In this document: in pieces, positions 39,887 through 47,424 of the stretch
Layout: every line of letters starts with the position of its first letter
How positions within the stretch are numbered: the first letter of the stretch is position 1
NCBI GenBank assembly: GCA_041608535.1
Contig: JBFISM010000003.1
Coordinates: 892 to 64,891, forward strand
DNA from: Acidimicrobiia bacterium
Lineage (GTDB): Bacteria > Actinomycetota > Acidimicrobiia > Spongiisociales > UBA5794
Direction: 5' to 3'
DNA: 64,000 nt
The notes under the pieces: model-generated
Seen by the model: the letters and a program-made list of their open reading frames with translations, nothing else
Told to the model about the DNA's origin: nothing
The model's database searches: none
Position numbers and translations under genes: made by a program

Positions 39887-40539
39887 CAGATCACTCGACT
39901 CAGGGCAGAGAGAGCAACGGCGACGGCGGCCAGCGGTGTCAGCAGGCGAACTCGAGGCCCGAGCTGCGCCATGGTGCGGTGGAACCTCCCCAGACGGCTG
40001 GGACGGTCGATCCATCGTGCAGCTACCAAAGGAGCCGCTCGGAGGGAACCGAATCCGGCGCCGACCACCGTGCCACCCGTGATCGATCCGGTCAGTATGG
40101 CGGCGGCTGCGCTGGCATACAGGAGCCAGGTCACGATGTAGGTGGCGCCACCGGCGCCGAGCTGGGCCCCAAAACCGGCGCCGTACACCCAACCGCGCAG
40201 CGAGCCGATCCAGCGTTCATCGACCTGGCGCTGCGGACCCGGTGGCGACACACCGGACAGGTCGAGTGCGGCGGCGACAACGACTGTGGCGCCGAGCACT
40301 CCGAGCCGAGGGGCGGCGGGCATCGCCAGCATCGTGCCCACCGCACCGAGCAACGCTCCAGCGACGGCGCCCGCCGCGATCGCAGCGAGAAGGAAGGCGC
40401 CGACCGTGAGACCCCAGCGGTTGTGCCGTGCCCGCTCGCCGAGCGGGTGGATGCTGGAGAGCATCGACTCTCCTCAAGGAGACCACTGGCTGCGAGCTGC
40501 CGCTGCCATTGCGATCGCCACCCCCAAGGCGATGATCAT
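39886..40539 (-). CDS. MauF/DsbD-like membrane protein with predicted selenocysteine (U22, UGA at 40474-40476)
   Basis: ATG overlaps upstream stop (ATGA); MIIALGVAIAMAAAARSQWSP-UGA-GESMLSSIHP continues in frame into a multi-TM body with RQVDERW, GFGAQLG; SPCG-like motif with U in place of C. Confidence 0.8.
40431..40447 (-). promoter_or_regulatory. Candidate SECIS hairpin of the MauF-like gene
   Basis: CCCGCTC-GGC-GAGCGGG starting 26 nt after the UGA, same spacing as in selD; GGAGAG/CTCTCC stem directly after the UGA. Confidence 0.65.
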
Positions 40540-41270
40540 GGTGCGGGATCCTGTACCGGATCGGTCCACAGGCTGGGATCGGCCGGAGTGATGCCATGTT
40601 TGCGCAGCACGTCGTCTGTGTGTCGGATCCGTTCGGCGGTGGTCGAGCGCGATCCCGGTGGAGCGTCGAAATCTGCTGCGACACTCTCGTCCCCGACGGC
40701 GTCGGCGAGCATCCGGCTCACCCGGCGCCACGAGGGACCGCTCCCTTCGCCGATGACCGCGCCGGTGCCGGCATCGACGAGCACGAAGAACGGTGAGGCG
40801 GGAACGCCGAAGTCATCCCAGGCCCGAGACGACATCACGACGCTGCAACGGGACCCGGCGAGATCGGCGATGGCGCTGGGGCTTTCCTCGCTCGGGTCTC
40901 GGGTCACGATGACGAGACGCATGTCGCCTTGCGGAAGGTCCACCCCTTCGCGGAACGAACGCCAGAACGGCTGACAGGCGGTGCAGGTCGACGACATGAA
41001 CGCGATCACGGTGAGCCCGCGCGTTGCCGTGAGAGCGATGGTTACGGTGCCACCGGCGGGGGTGACGCCGATGATCGCTTCGGCTGGTGGCATGGCGGCG
41101 GGACGCAGAGTGAAAACGCCGCCCGCAATTGTCCGGCTTCCCGCGGTCTCCTCGCCGCCGTCGAGAGCATGTAAACGACGGAGGATCTCGGCATGGCTGC
41201 GGAGCAGACCGGCCACGAGCACCACGAGCAGTGCGATCACCACCGCCTCGATGATCACCAGGACCGTCAC
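40536..41270 (-). CDS. MauD-like membrane-anchored thioredoxin-fold protein
   Basis: TM then LLRSHAEILRRL; FMSSTCTAC (CxxC); VPASPFFVLVD. Confidence 0.82.
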   Translation of the reverse strand: MTVLVIIEAVVIALLVVLVAGLLRSHAEILRRLHALDGGEETAGSRTIAGGVFTLRPAAMPPAEAIIGVTPAGGTVTIALTATRGLTVIAFMSSTCTACQPFWRSFREGVDLPQGDMRLVIVTRDPSEESPSAIADLAGSRCSVVMSSRAWDDFGVPASPFFVLVDAGTGAVIGEGSGPSWRRVSRMLADAVGDESVAADFDAPPGSRSTTAERIRHTDDVLRKHGITPADPSLWTDPVQDPAP

Positions 41271-42586
41271 GGCTCCACTCCCCAGACCACCGGAATGTCT
41301 CCGGGCCCACCGAACTCGAAGCTGATGTCGGGCGGTCCCGCCGCCAGCGATGTGCGCAAGTCCCACGTGCCGTTGTCGAACCTGCCCGGCAGATCGCGAC
41401 CCTGTGCGTCCCAGTCACCCACGACGGGCGCGGCTGCGGCGGCACCGAAGTCGAACTCCACCGTGGGTCCCGTCGCCTCGAATGTGTTGAGCAGAATCCA
41501 ACGAGATCCCCGGACCACGCCCGGTGTGTCGACACCGTCGCCGTTCCAATCGCCGACGACGGGCACATCGCCAGTCTCGCCGAACTCGACCTCAGTCACC
41601 GAACCACCGGTGAGGCTACTGCGGAGCAGCCAGGTCCCGTTGCGGTACACACCGGGTGTGTCGACACCGTCGCCGTTCCAATCGCCGGCGAGTGGGACGT
41701 CTCCGTGCCGGCCGAACTCGAACACGATGTCGGGAGTGCCTCCACCGGCGATCTGTCGTACCAGCCACGTCAGCGGACCGGCGGGCAGCACCCCGTGGCG
41801 AGAGCCGCGGACGACCGCAATGGTTTCGAGACCGGACCCCGACCAATCGGCCATCAGGGGCAGATCACCGGCGAGCCCGTAGCTGAACACATCGGTAGAT
41901 GCATCGGCGGATAGCTCGTCGGCAACGGTGAACACGTTCCCGGTGACCACCGCGGGTTTCGCCCGACGGACCACGGAGGGATGGAGACATGGTGCATCGT
42001 GGAACGCGGTCGCGTCGTTACGCGCATCGGCGGTGGTGCAGGTCGAGTCGAACTCCCACGGCGGCAGGCAGCTGACCACCCGACATTCGATGGGGCCGAG
42101 ACAGGCGTATTGCTGGTTGCATTGGCCATAGCGGAACCGGGTGCAGCAAGCTTTGCGTAAGTTGCAGTCGTCGTTGGCGCAACCACAGCTGCAGTCGACA
42201 CACGTGTGGGCACACGTTCCCGACGAGCCACAGCCGCATCCGCCGCAATCGAGGGCGTTGCAGTCCATGTAGTAGCGCGACGCCCCTCCACAGAAGCCGG
42301 AGCCTTCGGCGCGCCACCAGCCGGCGACCACCGTGCCCGGTGGGCACGTGTTTGCACCGTGGATCTCGCAACAAAAGGCGGTGAATCCACTGCAGCACAG
42401 CGATCCCGGGGGGCAGTCCGAGCACCCGACGACGATGCGCGAGTACGCCGTGCCCGGTCGCAGCGCATACGTGACAGGGGCAGTTGCCAGTGCCGAACCC
42501 ACGATGGCGGCCCTGCGCAGAAAACCACGTCGCGTGGTGCGCTGTTCGAGGAACGTCGCCGCAGCATCGACGAGGCGGGTGCTCAC
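41267..42586 (-). CDS. Tat-exported Cys-rich protein with C-terminal GDWNGDG (FG-GAP-like) repeats
   Basis: TRRGFLRR twin-arginine signal; 26 Cys in about 150 aa; four full and one partial GDxPxxGDWxGDG repeats. Confidence 0.85.
   Translation of the reverse strand: MSTRLVDAAATFLEQRTTRRGFLRRAAIVGSALATAPVTYALRPGTAYSRIVVGCSDCPPGSLCCSGFTAFCCEIHGANTCPPGTVVAGWWRAEGSGFCGGASRYYMDCNALDCGGCGCGSSGTCAHTCVDCSCGCANDDCNLRKACCTRFRYGQCNQQYACLGPIECRVVSCLPPWEFDSTCTTADARNDATAFHDAPCLHPSVVRRAKPAVVTGNVFTVADELSADASTDVFSYGLAGDLPLMADWSGSGLETIAVVRGSRHGVLPAGPLTWLVRQIAGGGTPDIVFEFGRHGDVPLAGDWNGDGVDTPGVYRNGTWLLRSSLTGGSVTEVEFGETGDVPVVGDWNGDGVDTPGVVRGSRWILLNTFEATGPTVEFDFGAAAAAPVVGDWDAQGRDLPGRFDNGTWDLRTSLAAGPPDISFEFGGPGDIPVVWGVEP
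41523..41687. repeat. 33-bp exact direct repeat inside the Cys-rich gene
   Basis: GGTGTGTCGACACCGTCGCCGTTCCAATCGCCG at 41523-41555 and 41655-41687 (encodes GDWNGDGVDTP). Confidence 0.85.
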
Positions 42587-43110
42587 CGCACCCCACCTGA
42601 AGGGAGACGAGCCGCTGCGTGGAGCCGGGGCAGGCGATCGACGATCAGGAACAGGGTGGTTGCCCCGGCGCCGAGCAGGATGAGGTAAGGCACACCCCAG
42701 ATCGGCTGGTCGGCGACGGTGGTGGGTAGCGAAGGCGGTCCGCTAGCGGCCATGGCGGCCGCCGCAACTGCAATCGCTGCATTCATGACCACATGGAGCC
42801 TCGAGGGCGGCGCATCGGGCACCCCAAAGCACCCGCATCGTGCCGCATCACCCTGCCGCCACAGCGCCACCGCCACGAAGCCGGTGAAGCTCGCATAGAG
42901 CAACGCCAGGGAGAGGGCCGCCGCACTACCCCCGGCGACGCATACCGCAACACCACTGGCGATCTCGGCGACGCCGATCGTGATGACGTGTCCGGTGCGG
43001 ACGCTGCTCCACACTCCGGCGAGCGCTGCCACCGTTGGCGCCGGGTTTCGCACTTTGAGGGCACCAGCGACCACGAGGCTGATGGCGGCGATGTGCAGGA
43101 GCCCAACCAC
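42583..43110 (-). CDS. MauE/DoxX family redox-associated membrane protein
   Basis: AGALKVRNP, GVAEIASG, RCGCFG, HVVMN; leaderless start with TAACCT 6 nt upstream. Confidence 0.85.
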   Translation of the reverse strand: MVGLLHIAAISLVVAGALKVRNPAPTVAALAGVWSSVRTGHVITIGVAEIASGVAVCVAGGSAAALSLALLYASFTGFVAVALWRQGDAARCGCFGVPDAPPSRLHVVMNAAIAVAAAAMAASGPPSLPTTVADQPIWGVPYLILLGAGATTLFLIVDRLPRLHAAARLPSGGVR

Positions 43111-43172
43111 GTGCAGAGGTTAGAGCAGGCGGCCATCACCAGAAAGACTCTCGACACGAGCCGACGGCCGCA

Positions 43173-43212
43173 ACGCTCGTTGACCGCTCCAGGGGGAGCG
43201 GTCAACGAGCGT
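43173..43212. repeat. 18-bp perfect palindrome in a divergent promoter region
   Basis: ACGCTCGTTGACCGCTCC-AGGG-GGAGCGGTCAACGAGCGT. Confidence 0.85.
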
Positions 43213-43246
43213 GGCTAGGCTTGCGGCTCCTCGTTGTTGCTCCGGC

Positions 43247-44692
43247 ATGGGGGGTGGTGAGAACCATGGAGCATCCCGGCAGGAGAGAGCCGAACCGCCC
43301 GGAAGTAACGCAGCGGGGTCGGCTCGGCACACTCGCCGATCACAGCCGGTTGCGCCGGTGGTTCCCCTGGTGAGACTTCGGGTTCGTCGTGAGCACGACG
43401 CCGAGCCATTCCAGCCGGCCCGGGTCACGGTCGTCGATGTCGCTCAGCCGATACCCGCCGTTGTTGGTGACGACGGCCCCCGGTACGCCCGCGGTGTCAC
43501 GTTCGTCCATTGGACCGGAACACCCGTCGGTGCGGTTTGGATCGATCTTTCTCCGGGCCGACTCGATGCGACGAGCCACGCGGCCGCCATCTGGGAGCAG
43601 CTCGGAGACGACCTGCGCATGCATGCCGCAAACCGCGGGTTGGGGGCGGTCGATCCCCTGACGGCGAGCGGTTTCGGGTCGCGACGCGACGTCACTCCCC
43701 ACGCTGCCACCACACCGTCGGTGACGGTGATCGTCGCCACGCACGACCGTCCCAAGCTCCTCGACCGATGTCTCCGCTCCCTGCTTGCCGTCGACTATCC
43801 GGCTTTCGATGTGGTCGTGGTGGACAACGCACCATCAAGCGATGCGACTGCACGGCTCATCGCTGCTGCATACGCCGACGCACCGGTGACATACGTCGTC
43901 GAACCAGAGCGGGGACTGGCCATCGCCCACAACCGCGGTCTCGACTTCGTCTCCGGTGAGGTCGTGGCGTTCACCGACGATGACGTGATCGTCGACCCCG
44001 GATGGTTGCGCTCGCTCGCCGTCGATTTCGCCGACGACGACGTGGCGTGCGTCACCGGTTTGATCCTGCCCATCCGGCTCGATACGCAGGCGCAATTCTG
44101 GCTGGAGGGATATGCCGGGTACGCCAAGGGAATGGAGCGGCGCTCCTTCGATCTCGGGTGCAACAGGCCCGAGGACCGGCTCTTCCCGTACACGGCGGGA
44201 CGGCTCGGCTCGGGGGCCAACATGGCGTTCCGCACTGAGTTTCTACGAAGTATCGGCGGTTTCGACCCAGCGCTGGGTGCCGGCAGCCCGGCGTTTGGCG
44301 GTGATGATCTCGCAGCGTTCTTCGAGGTCATCACCAGGGGACACACCCTCGTGTATGAACCCGCCGCCATCGTCCACCACGATCACCCGGAGACCGAGGA
44401 CGCGCTGTGGAGACAGGTGTTTGGCTATGGCGCCGGTCTGACGGCGTACCTCACCAAGACGCTGCTCGACCATCCTGCGCAGCTCATGAGGGTGCTCGCG
44501 CGGGCTCCACAGGCAGTGTGGTACGTGCTGTCGTCACGCTCGGTTCGCAACGCTGGCAGAGCGGCCGACTTCCCCGCCACCCTACGTCTGCGCGAGCTCG
44601 CCGGCATGGCGGTGGGCCCGGTGGCGTATCTGCGCAGTCGGCGACGCGTGAGGAGGCTTGCGTCCCGGCCACACCGCAGCGACGCAACCTGA
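43247..44692 (+). CDS. Family 2 glycosyltransferase (start uncertain)
   Basis: VIVATHDRP, VVVVDNAP, GLAIAHNRG, FTDDD, GANMAFR, GGDDL. Confidence 0.9.
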   Translation: MGGGENHGASRQERAEPPGSNAAGSARHTRRSQPVAPVVPLVRLRVRREHDAEPFQPARVTVVDVAQPIPAVVGDDGPRYARGVTFVHWTGTPVGAVWIDLSPGRLDATSHAAAIWEQLGDDLRMHAANRGLGAVDPLTASGFGSRRDVTPHAATTPSVTVIVATHDRPKLLDRCLRSLLAVDYPAFDVVVVDNAPSSDATARLIAAAYADAPVTYVVEPERGLAIAHNRGLDFVSGEVVAFTDDDVIVDPGWLRSLAVDFADDDVACVTGLILPIRLDTQAQFWLEGYAGYAKGMERRSFDLGCNRPEDRLFPYTAGRLGSGANMAFRTEFLRSIGGFDPALGAGSPAFGGDDLAAFFEVITRGHTLVYEPAAIVHHDHPETEDALWRQVFGYGAGLTAYLTKTLLDHPAQLMRVLARAPQAVWYVLSSRSVRNAGRAADFPATLRLRELAGMAVGPVAYLRSRRRVRRLASRPHRSDAT

Positions 44693-44694
44693 CC

Positions 44695-45510
44695 ATGTCG
44701 CGATCTGTGCCGCTGCTGTTGTATCACTCGATCTCGGATCGCACCGGGCCCCGGTTCCGGCGATGGACGGTTCCGCCCGCCCACTTCACCCAGCACGCTG
44801 CGTTGTTGGTCGACGAGGGATATGAAGCGCTCACGGTGGCCGAGTACCTGGAGTGTCGTCTCGGCATCCGGTCGTTCCCAGCACGCCCGGTGGTGCTCAC
44901 CTTCGATGACGGCTTCGCCGACTTCGCCACCGCTGCCCTGCCCGTTCTCCACCGGTACGGGCTGAAAGCCACGCTGTACGTCACCTCCGGGTACATCGGT
45001 GGCACCAGCCGGTGGCTGATCCGGGAGGGCGAGGTGGACCGGCGGATGCTGTCGTGGGATGAGCTCGCTGCGTTTCCTGCGGAGCTGGTGGAGCTCGGTG
45101 GGCACGGCTACAGCCATCGCCAGCTCGACACGCTGCCCGCAGCGGAGGCTCTGGCCGATGTCGTTCGCGGTATCTCCGTGCTGGAGGAGAGGACCGGCCG
45201 CAAGGTCGGTACGTTTGCCTACCCTCACGGCTACAGCACACCGGCGCTGCGCAGGGGTCTCGTCGATCTCGGATTGGCCGGTGCCTGTGGTGTCGTCGAT
45301 GCTCCGAGCACGCCGGATGACCCGACGTACTGCCTGGCACGGCTCATCGTCGATGCCGATATGGACGCCATGAGATTGCACCGCCTCCTCGAGCACTCCG
45401 CCGGTGTCACCGAGAGCAGCAGCTCGCACGGCTGGAGGCAGCGTCTGTGGCGCAGGTGGAGGAAGGCACGACTGCAGCTGGGAATCGACAGCGCCCACGT
45501 CCCCGACTGA
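44695..45510 (+). CDS. Polysaccharide deacetylase (CE4)
   Basis: PLLLYHSI, LTFDDG, GGHGYSHRQL, FAYPHG. Confidence 0.9.
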   Translation: MSRSVPLLLYHSISDRTGPRFRRWTVPPAHFTQHAALLVDEGYEALTVAEYLECRLGIRSFPARPVVLTFDDGFADFATAALPVLHRYGLKATLYVTSGYIGGTSRWLIREGEVDRRMLSWDELAAFPAELVELGGHGYSHRQLDTLPAAEALADVVRGISVLEERTGRKVGTFAYPHGYSTPALRRGLVDLGLAGACGVVDAPSTPDDPTYCLARLIVDADMDAMRLHRLLEHSAGVTESSSSHGWRQRLWRRWRKARLQLGIDSAHVPD

Positions 45511-45532
45511 CCGACGGCCCCGCCACGCCGCC

Positions 45533-46579
45533 ATGATCCCTCGGCTCGCCGCACCAGTCTCCCGCACACTGTGGCAACAGCTACTCGACGACGATCCCCA
45601 CGCCCTCCCCTCGCAGAGCCCGCAGTGGGTCGACGCCATGGTGGCGACCGGGGGTTGGGAGGATGCCACCATTGCAATGGAGACCGCACCGGAGCGGACC
45701 GTGGTGCTGCCGTTGGTTCGGCGCCGACTCGGCGGCCGGTGGGCTCCCCACTCGTCGTTCATCGAGGGTTGGGGCGTCGGCGGTGTGCTTGCGCCTAGCG
45801 GTGTGCGCTCGGCCGACCTGAGCATCGTCTTGGCGCACATCGAGACACTGGGCGCCGTGCGCACCACGGTTCGGCCCAATCCGTTGCTGGCTGGCGTGTG
45901 GGCGGCGGCCGCGACGGACACAACCGCAACCCCTCGGCCGGCGCGCGCCCACGTGCTCGACTTGAGTGGCGGGTGCGACGTCGTCTGGGAGCAACGAGTG
46001 ACCAGACGAGGCCGCCGCGACGTCCGCACTGCGCAGCGCCGCGGTGTCGTCGTTCGTTCCGATGCGACCGGAGCATTCGTTCCCGTGTTCCACGACATGC
46101 TGGTGCGGTCGTTCGCGCGCTGGGCAGGGCGATCCGGAGAGCCGGCGTGGCTGGCGCGCTATCGGGGCTTGCGACGAGATCCGGAGGCGAAGTTCGTCGA
46201 GATGGCCGCGCGGCTCGGCCCGCTGCTGCGGATCTACATAGCCGAGGTCGATGACCGCCCGGCGGCCAGCGCACTCGTGCTCCTGGGGACCAATGCGCAT
46301 TATTCCCGGGGAGCGCTCGATCCGGTTGTCGCCGGGAACAGCAACGCCGCAGCCCTCATTCAGTGGACGGCCATCAGTGATGCCATCGCTGCCGGATGTC
46401 GCAGCTACCACATGGGGGAGACGGCGGCGGGCGCTCCGCTGGCTGCGTTCAAAGAGAAGTTCGGCGCAGTTGCCCACGACTACGCCCGCTACACGGTCGA
46501 GCGGTTGCCGCTGACCACCGCCGAGCGTGCGGTGCGCCAGGTGGTGAAATGCGCCGTTGGTTTTCGGGAGCCGGGTTGA
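45533..46579 (+). CDS. GNAT/FemAB-like (CelD/BcsL-type) acyltransferase
   Basis: SQSPQW, HVLDLSGG, RRDVRTAQRRGV, YHMGET, AFKEKFGA. Confidence 0.8.
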   Translation: MIPRLAAPVSRTLWQQLLDDDPHALPSQSPQWVDAMVATGGWEDATIAMETAPERTVVLPLVRRRLGGRWAPHSSFIEGWGVGGVLAPSGVRSADLSIVLAHIETLGAVRTTVRPNPLLAGVWAAAATDTTATPRPARAHVLDLSGGCDVVWEQRVTRRGRRDVRTAQRRGVVVRSDATGAFVPVFHDMLVRSFARWAGRSGEPAWLARYRGLRRDPEAKFVEMAARLGPLLRIYIAEVDDRPAASALVLLGTNAHYSRGALDPVVAGNSNAAALIQWTAISDAIAAGCRSYHMGETAAGAPLAAFKEKFGAVAHDYARYTVERLPLTTAERAVRQVVKCAVGFREPG

Positions 46580-47424
46580 TGTACGGAGCCGGACCACAGC
46601 GCATCCTCAAGGTGCTCATCGCGGCAGCGACCTTGGTCGTGACCATGGGACCGGCGGCGGGCGCCAAGCTGTGGAATGAGGGTATGGCTGACGACTGGGA
46701 GCTGGTGTTTGCGGACGAGTTCTCCGGAACAGCACTCGACACCACCAAGTGGGTCACCTGCTACTGGTGGGCGATCGACGGGTGCGCCATCGGCACCAAC
46801 GGTGAACGGCAGTGGTACCTGCCGGACAACGTCGGCGTCGATGACGGTGAGCTGCGCCTGACGGCGAGACTCGAGCAAACGACCACCCCCGATGGCGAGC
46901 TGCGCCCGTACACCTCGGGGATGGTCTCGACCGGTAGGGCCGGCTCGGATCTCGAAGAGGAACCTCGCTTCGCCTTCACCTACGGACGAGCCGAGGTCCG
47001 AGCTCGTCTCCCGTTCGGGCAGGGTCTGTGGCCGGCGTTCTGGCTGCTGCCGATCGATCACGAGTCGCGCCCCGAGATCGACGTGATGGAGGTGCTGGGT
47101 CACGACACGGCAACGTTGCGGATGCACTACCACTACACCGACGACGGGGACCGCAGCAGCCTGGGCAGGAACGTCACGACCACGGATCTGGCGGTGGGAT
47201 GGCACACGTATGCGGTGGAATGGGGGCCCGACGCCATCATCTGGTATCTCGATGGTCACGAGCGGTGGCGAATCGAGGACCGCACCATCATTCCCGATGA
47301 ACCCATGTATCTGATCGTCAACCTCGCGGTGGGTGGTGAGTTCCCCGGTGAGCCCGACGCTGCCACGCCGTTTCCGAGCGTGTACGGCGTCGATCACGTA
47401 CGCGTGTGGCAGCGGGTCCAGTGA
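46579..47424 (+). CDS. Glycoside hydrolase family 16, secreted
   Basis: LVFADEFSG, YTSG, GLWPAFWLLP, EIDVME catalytic motif, WHTYAVEW. Confidence 0.92.
   Translation: MYGAGPQRILKVLIAAATLVVTMGPAAGAKLWNEGMADDWELVFADEFSGTALDTTKWVTCYWWAIDGCAIGTNGERQWYLPDNVGVDDGELRLTARLEQTTTPDGELRPYTSGMVSTGRAGSDLEEEPRFAFTYGRAEVRARLPFGQGLWPAFWLLPIDHESRPEIDVMEVLGHDTATLRMHYHYTDDGDRSSLGRNVTTTDLAVGWHTYAVEWGPDAIIWYLDGHERWRIEDRTIIPDEPMYLIVNLAVGGEFPGEPDAATPFPSVYGVDHVRVWQRVQ

Noticed and set aside
38397-43110. Calling the operon methylamine dehydrogenase (mau)
   Set aside because: No MauB large subunit, MauG or amicyanin in the window, and the Cys-rich protein lacks recognisable TTQ-subunit motifs.
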